Shown one piece after another: positions 8,563 to 17,046 of a DNA stretch of 64,000 nt. This stretch comes from an uncultured Nitrospiraceae bacterium (GTDB lineage Bacteria; Nitrospirota; Thermodesulfovibrionia; Thermodesulfovibrionales; Dissulfurispiraceae). Each line of letters starts with the position of its first letter. Position 1 is the first letter of the stretch. A program made the translations under genes and the position numbers. A model generated the notes under the pieces. The model worked only from the letters and a program-made list of their open reading frames with translations, made no database searches and was not told where the DNA came from. The stretch lies in assembly GCA_963705105.1 (NCBI GenBank), contig CAVPIW010000009.1, positions 294,896 to 358,895 on the forward strand. Reading direction: 5' to 3'.

Positions 8563-11500
8563 CTACGGGAGCACCCTGAAGACTCCCCACATGCCGGTGA
8601 ACCGGGCCGAGGGGTCCTGAGCGCCGTAGTAGTAGTCGCCGGGGATGCCGAAGGCGCCGCCGGCGCCGTGCTCGAGGATGAAGTCGAAGAAGTTGGCCCC
8701 ACCGAAGCCGTCCTGGCTGCCCACCTTCTGCGAGAACGGGTTGTCGCCGATCCTCACGGAGGCGAGGAAGTCGGTCTTGCCGTCTCCGTCAAAGTCGAAC
8801 TCCTGCCCTATGTAAGGTGTGCGCTGCCAGAGATGGCCGTGCACCTTCGGCGTGTGGGCCCGCCTCGATCCTCCGCCGGGCTCCACGAAGTGGAACCGCA
8901 CGGGATCGCCCGCCTCGGCCGTCATGATCGGCGTCTGAGCCTCGCCGCCTACCTGACTGTTGCTGTAGACCCTCGCAGTGTTGACGATGCCAGCCTGCGC
9001 CTCCAGCGGCAGGTGCGGCGGGAATGCCGCGAGCCTGAACCACTCGGGCTCGGTCCGGTAATTGATCGCGGAGTGGCCCGAATCCTCGTCGTCAGCCGCA
9101 GCTCCGCCGCCTTCGGCCTTGAAGTTCTGGACGGCCCGGATCCGCTGCGATGCGGGGACGCCGGCGTCCACATTGGCGTAATGCAGGTTCACACCCCTCT
9201 GCGTGACGGCGACGAAATCACGGAACTCACCGTTACCGTTCTCGCACTCCGCCTGGGCGCGGGTGTTGGAGTCGTTTTCACACTGCGTTCCCTGAGGCAG
9301 GATCACGAGAGCGCCCACGAGCCCCTTGTTCACCTGCTTGAGCTTGTCCGCAGGGAGCAGGCCGACTGCGCCGAACTCGATCGGCACAGGCACCAGGTCG
9401 ACTAGCCTCTGGCCCAGGTTGTTCAGGCCGAGGGGCCTCACGCCGATGTGTCCGGCGTACCACTGATAGTTGACCACGCCGCCGGGCGCCGCAGTCTGGA
9501 TCCTGTTGTTTCCGACGTTCGTGCCGTCGCCGGCATTCACGTCGTACGCCAGCAGTTGCGTGTGCAACCCGGCGTGGCTCGAAGGTATTACGTCATTGGC
9601 GTTGAAAGTGAAGAGCTCAAGGATACCCTGGGGATTCCTCTGGGCGAACCTGTTTATCACTCCGGGATACATGGTCCAGCCGTCGAGATCGAAGTTCTGG
9701 GCAGGCATCCTGTTCCTCAGCGTCACCTCGATGCAGTCTCCGGCGTTCGCCCTCAGCACAAGGGGCTCCACCGGCGCGCCGGACCTGAGCGTCCCGTCAG
9801 CCAGGAGGTCCGCCGTCGGCACATACATCAGCGCCGCCGGATCATGGAGCGGGCCCTGGCCGCCGAGCAGCCTTTCTCCGCCCTCACCCACGATGTCGGG
9901 GATCCGCGTCGGCCTGGAGTTGTAGACGAGCGACGTAATCGTCGTCCCGTCCGTCAGCCGCACCTGGTGGGCCGGGTTGTTCCTCAGGGCCGTCCGGGCC
10001 GGCACCGCCGTGATGTCGAATGTCTTCCTCGGCGCGCCGACCGGGCAGATGCCCCTGAAGGCCCTTTGGTTGTTGATGACCACCGGGTCGGGCCCGACCT
10101 GGTTGTTCGGCAACTGCACAAGGTTGTTCTGCCGCACGTTGTAGGCCCTCATCAGGCCCCAGGTGCCGGTCCAGTTCCCCGCGTTCGTGGTGTCCGAGGC
10201 GTAGTAGTAGTCCACGGTTTCCAGCTGGCCCGGGAGCTGAATCATGACGGGCGTGTTGAACTGGAACTGCTCGGAGATGCCCATGGACTGGGCGTTCCTG
10301 AAGCCCGACGCCGGGTCGGCATAGTTCATCAGCCACTTCACGCCGTGGATCGAGAAGACGTGAGACTCCTCGTGGGCGCCCACCTGGGCTCTCACCCTCA
10401 CCTGGTCACCCTCGTAAGTCCTCATCATCGGCGTCGCCGGGTCGAAGTTGCCCACGCCCTGGCTGAGCCGCGCCCTTTGCGCGTCGATGATCTCAGGCGA
10501 AAAGAACTGGGCGTATCTGCCGGCACCGGTGAGGAGTTCGTTGCCCACGTTTTGGACGAATCCCCTCGGGTCGGCGAAGTTGAAGGCCAGGTCTCCCAGG
10601 CCTGCGTGATTCGGCAGAATACCGCCGAGGTTGGTGATACCGCTACCCGGAGGGTTGAGCGTCGTCGGGTCATGGATCACCGGGTTGAACTGCCTGACAT
10701 AGGACCGGATCGGAGCGTTCAGCTCGGGGTTCACCCGGGGAATGGAGGCAAAGGCATAGGCGAGGTCTCCCGCCTGTCCCAGAGCCTGGGCCCCGCGCCT
10801 GCCGTCGAAGGGGCTGATGCGGTTCCGGTCGAAGACCCTCAGGCCGACCGGCTCGTTCCGGTAGTTGACGACGAAGGTGCCTTCATCGGATGCCGTGATC
10901 GCCTCGGGGCAGGGCCTCGGGATGATCACGCCGGGAGGCGCCGGGCAGATACCCGGGATGGTGATGATCGGGTGCATCGGCACGGCGTCGACCCTGTGCG
11001 ATACGTTGATCGCCTGCAGGAAGCTGTCACTGTCGACCCTGCCGTCCCAGTCGCGCTCGTAGGCATGCTGGAAGTCGCTGAACTCGAAGTAGAACTCGCG
11101 GAAGCTGTCCCTCGGGTCCGGCGGAAGGATAACCGCCTGCCACGACGTGGGGCCGCCGTCCTGACGGTTGCCGAGGGTCACGCCCGTTTCGTTGTGTCTC
11201 CACACCGAACCGGCCGGCTCTGCGAGCACCGTTGCGTAAAGCCCGATCTGCTGAAATGTCGACGGACCGAAATGGTCGTGGGTAAAGGAGTTGTTAAAGC
11301 CCCGGTCGTTGCCCTGGAGGTCCAGGACGGGGTCCGCCATCCAGCGCTGGATCGTCGTCCTCGCGCCGAGGGTGCTCATCGGCACCCTGCCCTCGAGCTC
11401 GGGGTGCGCCTGCGGTGTCAGCTGAGCGTGCTGGTTGTTGAGGTCGAGCAGTCCTCCGCCCGCGTTGATCGCACGGATGCGCTCCAGCACCTCGCCGGGG

Positions 11501-14448
11501 CTGAAGGTGCCGTCCTCATAGTTCCAGCCGTTGGCCGCGCCGTCGGCGGAGGACACATCAAATTTCGGCATGTGCACGTGCTGGCCGATGATATCGGTGG
11601 GGAACCTGATCTGGTAGTCGTCCAGCTCGTTCTGATGGTGCGCGAGATTCGTATGCCAGATCTCGGCGCAGTCCAGGGTGTTCATGCGGAAGACCATGGG
11701 CTCGGCAGGTCTCCTGCCTGCGTAGGTGTCGGCGATGTCGTCCCACAGGGTGATGATGCGCTGCTGCGGGTAGTGCCAGCCCACCTTGTTGAAGACGAGG
11801 TCGATCATGATGTTGGCGACCTTATAGACCCTCGGGTTCTGGTCTCCGAAGGTGACCGGCACGGGGTTGCCCCTGCCGTCTTTGACCTGGAAGACAGGCT
11901 CTCCGTTCTGGTTGTTCCACAGCGGAGTGCTTCCGGCTCTAACCGCATTGCCGGCGTTGTCCACGCAGGGGTCGGCAAAAGGCGCGCCGCGCACGGGCGG
12001 GCGGCCGTTGGTGATGAACGGCGCCGTCGTTCCCTCGGGGGTGAGGGTGTTGCGCGACCGGACGGCATGGAAGTCCATGGCCGCAATCTCGTCGGCCGTG
12101 CCGCCCTCAGGGAACTGCTCGGCCTCGACACTCTCAAGCTCTGCGGTCAGGTCAAGACGGGTCACCACGAAGGCCCTCTCTCCGCCGGTAATGACGTGCC
12201 TCGGCAGTCCGCCGTCATGCAGGATGTCCAGCGGAGGCGTCGGCGGCCTGTGGCCCGCGTACCCGGCTACCCAGAAGGGGAAGCCGGGGTTGTTCTGGAC
12301 GTTGCCCGCTATGGGTTGACCCGGTACAACCGTGAGGACCTTGCGGGGGTCGTCGGGGTCGACAGTCGCCAGTATGGGCATCGGTGCCATCGCGTACAGC
12401 GGCATCGGCACAACAGCCGGTATGGGCGTGCCGGTGCAGAGACCGTCGAACCTCGCCCCCGTGCCGGTGACACAGGCGCCGTTGACGGCGTTCGGCTTCA
12501 CTTCACCGTCGGGATAAGCCCTCGATCCTATGAGCGGTTTTGAGAACCTGAGTGTCCAGGGATCACGGTTGATCTCGTCCTGAAACACGATGTTGAAGCG
12601 CTTCAGCCTTGCCATGTTCGTCTGGCAGAAGGCGGGGTCGGCCGGGTTGGCGATGGCCGGGTTGCAGGGGACAAGCCTGGCGCCCTGGACCACTGTTCCT
12701 TCTTCAAACACATCGTGGACGCGCCACAACGCCCACATGCCCATGGCGAAGTGGGGATAGAAGTGGCAGTGATAGATGGCGTCGCCCGGGGTCTTGTGCC
12801 GGTTGCCGCCTCCCCCGTTCACCGTGTCCATGGTGTAGCCGGAGCCCGGAGAGACCTGCTGCATGTCCTGGTAGTTGGCCTTGTCGCTCTGGGGATTGAA
12901 GACCCACTGGTGGGCATGGAGGTGGAAGATGTGGTGCTCGAAAGGCCCCGCATGGACGTTGCGGAACTTCACGTGATCGTTCAGATACGAGTGATGCACG
13001 TTCGCCGGGTCGTCCGGGAAGAGACTCAGCTCGGCGATGGGACCGGCGCCGACGGGCACACCCGTCAGGAAGGGCGCAAACACGGCCGGCGTGTCAGTGA
13101 CGCCTGCGGGGTCGCCGATCGCCCAGGAGGTGAGGAAGAACTCCTCGGCCTTGCACTCGGGGCAGTCCCACATGGGCCCCAGGCCCAGGCGGTTGGCGAT
13201 GATCTCCGATCCGATGCCGCCTGAGGCGTAGTTGATGACGAAGGCATCACGGACGATCTTGAAGGTGTGCACCAGCACCGGGTCCTTGTAGAACTGGGCG
13301 AAGGGCTGCACCGCCACCTGCTCGTCGTTCCAGATCGAGGCGAACTCGCGGAACGGCAGGTGCTGCTGCGGGTTCACAGGTGTTGACCGGTAGTGGTTGC
13401 CCGGGGCGAAGGGGCCGCGGTTCGGACCTGTAATGATCGCGTGGAGGTCCGTATGCACGATCTCACCGGCATAGCCGGCCTTCGGCCTCATCATCTTAAG
13501 GACCGGCAGGCCCGCCTTGCCCTCCTGATTGAAGGGCGTGATCGCCGGGTAAACAGCGTCGTAGTTGACCTTCGGCTGTCCGCCATCGATCTCGGGCCAT
13601 CTCTCCATCACGAACGGCGCAGCGCCGTTCGCATCGGAGGCGAGCAGCATCTCTTCATGCGTCACCTGGCTGCGGTACCACTCGGCCCCTCTGGGCTCGA
13701 CGACAACGGCGCCGAAAAGACCGAAGCCCATGGTGCCGCCGCCGCCCTCGGCGCCGACGGTGGAGCCGACACTGTAGAGGTGGTAGACGTTCTCATACTC
13801 CCCGTAAAGGGTGTAGATCCTTGTCTGGCCGATGGCGGTCAGGCTGCTCCTGTTCCTGCCCACGAAGGACCCGTCGTCGCTGATGTTGTTGACGAGCTGC
13901 ATGCCGTTGACATGGATCGACGCCTCCCGGGTGATGGGCTGGTCGTCGAACTGGATGTTCTTCGGCGCAAAGGCCACCGCGGCCGGTGCAGGGTTCTGCG
14001 GAAGCACCGGCAGGTCCGGCACGGCGTGGCGGAATCCGCCCTCGTTGAAATCAGTGTTCAGGTTAAAGATGAAATCCGGCTGTTTCAGCCAGTTTGTGAA
14101 GCTGATCTCGAGGCAGTCCCCCACGTTCATCCTGAGGATGATGGGCCGCGGCCTCTTGTCGGGACGAAGCGCCACGTTGCCGGCGGAACAGTTCGCGCCC
14201 GGAAGCGTGCAGGGAACAAGGGTACTCTTGTTCACCACGTCACGCTTCAGGGCGTACATCATTCCGTTGGCGTTGACAGCGCCGAGCCTGTTCAGGAAAT
14301 AGGGCTGATCCAGAGCGACAACGTCAGCGAAAACCTTCCGCTCACATTGTGCCGCCACTGTGCTGTCCGGCATTGTCAAGCCGATCAGGAGCCCTAAGAC
14401 CAGCAGGATCACGGTCACTGCCGACCATCTTGTGATCTGGTCTTTCAT
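8563..14448 (-). CDS. Very large multicopper oxidase, MnxG-like (copy 1)
   Basis: About 1960 aa from MKDQ at 14448; signal peptide; Cu motifs HIFHLH, YHCHFYPHFAMGM, QHVH, THDH; size and motif order resemble Pseudomonas-type MnxG. Confidence 0.85.
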   Translation of the reverse strand: MKDQITRWSAVTVILLVLGLLIGLTMPDSTVAAQCERKVFADVVALDQPYFLNRLGAVNANGMMYALKRDVVNKSTLVPCTLPGANCSAGNVALRPDKRPRPIILRMNVGDCLEISFTNWLKQPDFIFNLNTDFNEGGFRHAVPDLPVLPQNPAPAAVAFAPKNIQFDDQPITREASIHVNGMQLVNNISDDGSFVGRNRSSLTAIGQTRIYTLYGEYENVYHLYSVGSTVGAEGGGGTMGFGLFGAVVVEPRGAEWYRSQVTHEEMLLASDANGAAPFVMERWPEIDGGQPKVNYDAVYPAITPFNQEGKAGLPVLKMMRPKAGYAGEIVHTDLHAIITGPNRGPFAPGNHYRSTPVNPQQHLPFREFASIWNDEQVAVQPFAQFYKDPVLVHTFKIVRDAFVINYASGGIGSEIIANRLGLGPMWDCPECKAEEFFLTSWAIGDPAGVTDTPAVFAPFLTGVPVGAGPIAELSLFPDDPANVHHSYLNDHVKFRNVHAGPFEHHIFHLHAHQWVFNPQSDKANYQDMQQVSPGSGYTMDTVNGGGGNRHKTPGDAIYHCHFYPHFAMGMWALWRVHDVFEEGTVVQGARLVPCNPAIANPADPAFCQTNMARLKRFNIVFQDEINRDPWTLRFSKPLIGSRAYPDGEVKPNAVNGACVTGTGARFDGLCTGTPIPAVVPMPLYAMAPMPILATVDPDDPRKVLTVVPGQPIAGNVQNNPGFPFWVAGYAGHRPPTPPLDILHDGGLPRHVITGGERAFVVTRLDLTAELESVEAEQFPEGGTADEIAAMDFHAVRSRNTLTPEGTTAPFITNGRPPVRGAPFADPCVDNAGNAVRAGSTPLWNNQNGEPVFQVKDGRGNPVPVTFGDQNPRVYKVANIMIDLVFNKVGWHYPQQRIITLWDDIADTYAGRRPAEPMVFRMNTLDCAEIWHTNLAHHQNELDDYQIRFPTDIIGQHVHMPKFDVSSADGAANGWNYEDGTFSPGEVLERIRAINAGGGLLDLNNQHAQLTPQAHPELEGRVPMSTLGARTTIQRWMADPVLDLQGNDRGFNNSFTHDHFGPSTFQQIGLYATVLAEPAGSVWRHNETGVTLGNRQDGGPTSWQAVILPPDPRDSFREFYFEFSDFQHAYERDWDGRVDSDSFLQAINVSHRVDAVPMHPIITIPGICPAPPGVIIPRPCPEAITASDEGTFVVNYRNEPVGLRVFDRNRISPFDGRRGAQALGQAGDLAYAFASIPRVNPELNAPIRSYVRQFNPVIHDPTTLNPPGSGITNLGGILPNHAGLGDLAFNFADPRGFVQNVGNELLTGAGRYAQFFSPEIIDAQRARLSQGVGNFDPATPMMRTYEGDQVRVRAQVGAHEESHVFSIHGVKWLMNYADPASGFRNAQSMGISEQFQFNTPVMIQLPGQLETVDYYYASDTTNAGNWTGTWGLMRAYNVRQNNLVQLPNNQVGPDPVVINNQRAFRGICPVGAPRKTFDITAVPARTALRNNPAHQVRLTDGTTITSLVYNSRPTRIPDIVGEGGERLLGGQGPLHDPAALMYVPTADLLADGTLRSGAPVEPLVLRANAGDCIEVTLRNRMPAQNFDLDGWTMYPGVINRFAQRNPQGILELFTFNANDVIPSSHAGLHTQLLAYDVNAGDGTNVGNNRIQTAAPGGVVNYQWYAGHIGVRPLGLNNLGQRLVDLVPVPIEFGAVGLLPADKLKQVNKGLVGALVILPQGTQCENDSNTRAQAECENGNGEFRDFVAVTQRGVNLHYANVDAGVPASQRIRAVQNFKAEGGGAAADDEDSGHSAINYRTEPEWFRLAAFPPHLPLEAQAGIVNTARVYSNSQVGGEAQTPIMTAEAGDPVRFHFVEPGGGSRRAHTPKVHGHLWQRTPYIGQEFDFDGDGKTDFLASVRIGDNPFSQKVGSQDGFGGANFFDFILEHGAGGAFGIPGDYYYGAQDPSARFTGMWGVFRVLP

Positions 14449-14508
14449 AATGTTCTCTCCTTTCTCTGAGTGATTTTTTGTATGGATATTCATTCGCCCT
14501 CAAATAGG

Positions 14509-14524
14509 AGCAAAATGAATGCCA
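14509..14524 (-). promoter_or_regulatory. sigma54 -24/-12 promoter of MCO copy 1
   Basis: Minus strand TGGCATTCATTTTGCT. Confidence 0.8.
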
Positions 14525-14711
14525 TCGTTTAACGCCTGCGGCTGAAGGGAGAATCCCCCCGTCGAGCAGCGGTGGGCTTTCTTCAAAAAGTCTCGCTGAT
14601 AGAAGGAGATCGGCTGAAAACGGCCCTTTCATTCGAGAAAGCCGACGGCCCCGCACAGGGACACGGAGACGACTTTTCCCGCCCCGGCGGGAGCATCCTT
14701 TCTTTCGTCGA

Positions 14712-14790
14712 CCTGTCTGTCAGGCGCAATTGTCCTGCGTGTCTGCCATTCCTGTCATATCCCTGTCATACCCCGGCGCGGCAGGGGGAC
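14712..14790. promoter_or_regulatory. Putative upstream activator (enhancer) block
   Basis: CCTGTCTGTCA...TGTCCTG..TGTCTGCCATT.CTGTCAT...CCCGGCGCGGCAGGG, conserved at 23080-23157 at a similar distance from the promoter. Confidence 0.6.
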
Positions 14791-14855
14791 ATTATTCATA
14801 TCGTTGAGAGGGGAAAAGTCTGAAGAGACGGAAAGGGCCTGCCTGTCGGGAACTG

Positions 14856-14887
14856 AAAAAAAAGAGGGGCAGGATTGCCCTGCCCCC
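14856..14887 (-). terminator. Intrinsic terminator after FG-GAP-like gene copy 2
   Basis: GGGGCAGG-attg-CCCTGCCCC hairpin with U8 on the minus strand. Confidence 0.75.
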
Positions 14888-14915
14888 GATTGTGAGTCCT
14901 ATGTTCGGGATGTCC

Positions 14916-16688
14916 TTAAGGGTTCGCGATTGTCCAGGTTATGCCGTTGGGAGAGGTCCAGATCTTGCCGCTCTGTGCATTGAGAATGGAGAGCTCGGAT
15001 CCGGCCCTGCCCAGATACATCAGCTCGTCTGCCGTGCCGGCCAGGGTCACCCAACCGGAGTCGCCCGGGGCTGCGACAGGGGTGTTCGCGATCCAGATCT
15101 TCCTCGTGGCTGCATTGATACCGCCGAACTCGTCGCCCAGTCTGGCGGCGTTGAAGTCGCCGGTGGCCATCTTCCCCAGGGTGCCGGTCGTAGTGATCCA
15201 GTTGAGGGGGTTCGTATCCAGAACAGTATTGAACCAGATCTTCCCTGCGGCACTCAGCCCTGCCACATCATCAAGCCCGTCACCATTGTAATCTCCCGTC
15301 GTGATCTGGGCGAGGGTGCCGGGAATGTTGATCCAGGTGAGGCCGAGATCCGAGGTGATCCATATTTTGCCCGTTGTGCTCAGGCCCACAATATCCGTGG
15401 GAAGCCCGTCGAAGTTCAACGCAGCGATCTTCGCGAGCCGGCCCGCCGGAGTCGCAGCAAGAGAGGTCATGCCTGCCGCGGTCAGAACCCTGTTGTCCGT
15501 CGCTATGCCCGCTATCTCGTCGCCCGCCCTGAGGAGATTGAAATTGCCGGCAACGATGTCTGCCACGATAGTGCCGAGCGGCGCCGTCGGGAGTGCCGTG
15601 GCGGTCAGCATGTCGTTGTAGACGAAGACCGTGCCGGCGGTGGTGACGATGGCGATCTCGTCGCCAAGCCTCGCGTTGTTGAAGTCTCCGGAAATGACCT
15701 TCGCCACGGTCGCGCCCGCAGGCGGGGTCAGCCTGATCCACGTCGAGAGGGTCGTGCTGAACCACGCCGAGTTGACGTCACCGACCTGGGCGTTGTTGCC
15801 GATGGCCGCGATGTCCTGCTGGCCGTCGCCGTCGAAGTCACCCTTCGCAATGGCCGTCGCGACGGCCAGGGTGTCGAAGAGCTTGCCCTGGACCAAGAAC
15901 TGAGTCGTCGTCAGAGGGGCCAGGGGCGGGCAGGTGACCGTAAACACGTTGTTGCCCGTCGGGCTGCCCGTGACGGTCTGCGGCACGTTGGGGTTGCCTA
16001 TGTAACCCACAGGAGCAGGCGGAGCGACTGCCGTCAGAAAAATGCTGATGGCATTGCCCCAGGGGTCGGAAGGCGGGGTGGGGGCTATAGGTGTAGCCAT
16101 AATGGAGTAGCCCAGAGGGGGCAGCCTTGTTTCGCACGGCAAGGCCGGTATGCCGTCAACGCAGCCGAAGTCGGTGGTGAAGTTGAGTTCACCGGGTCTC
16201 TGGTCGAGGGGTCCACCGGTAACAAGCGGGTCGCCGCCCGGGGCACTGAAGGGGTGAATAACCGTGCAGGTTACACCTATCGGGAGTCCGCTCCCCCTCA
16301 CACGGATGCGGTTGAAGGCCCACTGGAAGCCGTCAACGGCACTGCCGTCCACGGTCCCGAAAGCCGCCTCGACAGCCAGGACGAGTGATGCTTCAGGCGC
16401 AGGCGGCGGTCCTCCGACAGCCGTGTCTGCAGCCCACCAGAAGCCCTCACCGCCGCCAAAACCGATGATCTGCTCGAAGGGTGTGACCGGCGCAACGGCA
16501 AGGCAGTTGGGGTCTCCGCCGGGGCAGAGACCGAGCCGCAGTCCGTTCTGATCCTGGACCCAAATCGGGTAGCCGGTGGCCGCGTCGACGGGTCCGACCG
16601 CCCCCAACTCCGCGAATGCGGGTACACTGAAAGCCATAACGACCGCAAGAGTCATCAAAAGTGTTCCTATCCTGGTCTTGATACTCAT
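14916..16688 (-). CDS. Secreted protein with Cys-containing N-terminal domain plus FG-GAP/VCBS-like repeats (copy 2)
   Basis: Paralog of 1386-3131 with long identical DNA blocks; GGAGG RBS; signal peptide. Confidence 0.85.
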   Translation of the reverse strand: MSIKTRIGTLLMTLAVVMAFSVPAFAELGAVGPVDAATGYPIWVQDQNGLRLGLCPGGDPNCLAVAPVTPFEQIIGFGGGEGFWWAADTAVGGPPPAPEASLVLAVEAAFGTVDGSAVDGFQWAFNRIRVRGSGLPIGVTCTVIHPFSAPGGDPLVTGGPLDQRPGELNFTTDFGCVDGIPALPCETRLPPLGYSIMATPIAPTPPSDPWGNAISIFLTAVAPPAPVGYIGNPNVPQTVTGSPTGNNVFTVTCPPLAPLTTTQFLVQGKLFDTLAVATAIAKGDFDGDGQQDIAAIGNNAQVGDVNSAWFSTTLSTWIRLTPPAGATVAKVISGDFNNARLGDEIAIVTTAGTVFVYNDMLTATALPTAPLGTIVADIVAGNFNLLRAGDEIAGIATDNRVLTAAGMTSLAATPAGRLAKIAALNFDGLPTDIVGLSTTGKIWITSDLGLTWINIPGTLAQITTGDYNGDGLDDVAGLSAAGKIWFNTVLDTNPLNWITTTGTLGKMATGDFNAARLGDEFGGINAATRKIWIANTPVAAPGDSGWVTLAGTADELMYLGRAGSELSILNAQSGKIWTSPNGITWTIANP

Positions 16689-16985
16689 CTTGTTCCTCCT
16701 TTACTTTCTTATTACAGAACGAGCCGACCTGACATCGATCATCCTCACTGTTTCACTTTCACCCCCCGGAAGGGGCAGCCGGGGGAACTCATCCCCTTTT
16801 CACGACTTTCGACCTGACATCCTCACCACCTTTCATGAGCACACGGTCTGAAGCACGGTCCGGTGTCTTCTCTCAGCACCTGATGGAGTGCCGCATCTTT
16901 GCCGGAAGTCCTGACAAGGCATGACAGAAAAGACAGACCGCCGATGACCTCATTCTTCAAACGGCTGTATCCTGCGATTTGCTGT

Positions 16986-17035
16986 GGCGACGGGCGGGGG
17001 TTTCACCCTGTGGGGCGCACCATCCGCCCGTCACC
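16986..17035 (-). terminator. Hairpin after MCO copy 2 (no clear U-tail)
   Basis: GACGGGCGG...CCGCCCGTC inverted repeat. Confidence 0.45.
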
Positions 17036-17046
17036 GTCGCGCTCGC

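Noticed and set aside
9448..12543. 1031-aa plus-strand ORF and other long antisense ORFs (e.g. 19576-21129, 31762-33522, 28211-29596)
   Set aside because: Shadow frames of GC-rich genes on the opposite strand, with no recognisable motifs.
16889..16904. sigma54 promoter for FG-GAP-like copy 2 (CGGCAAAGATGCGGCA)
   Set aside because: GG-N10-GC spacing is present, but it lacks the TTGC -12 element seen in the other sites.
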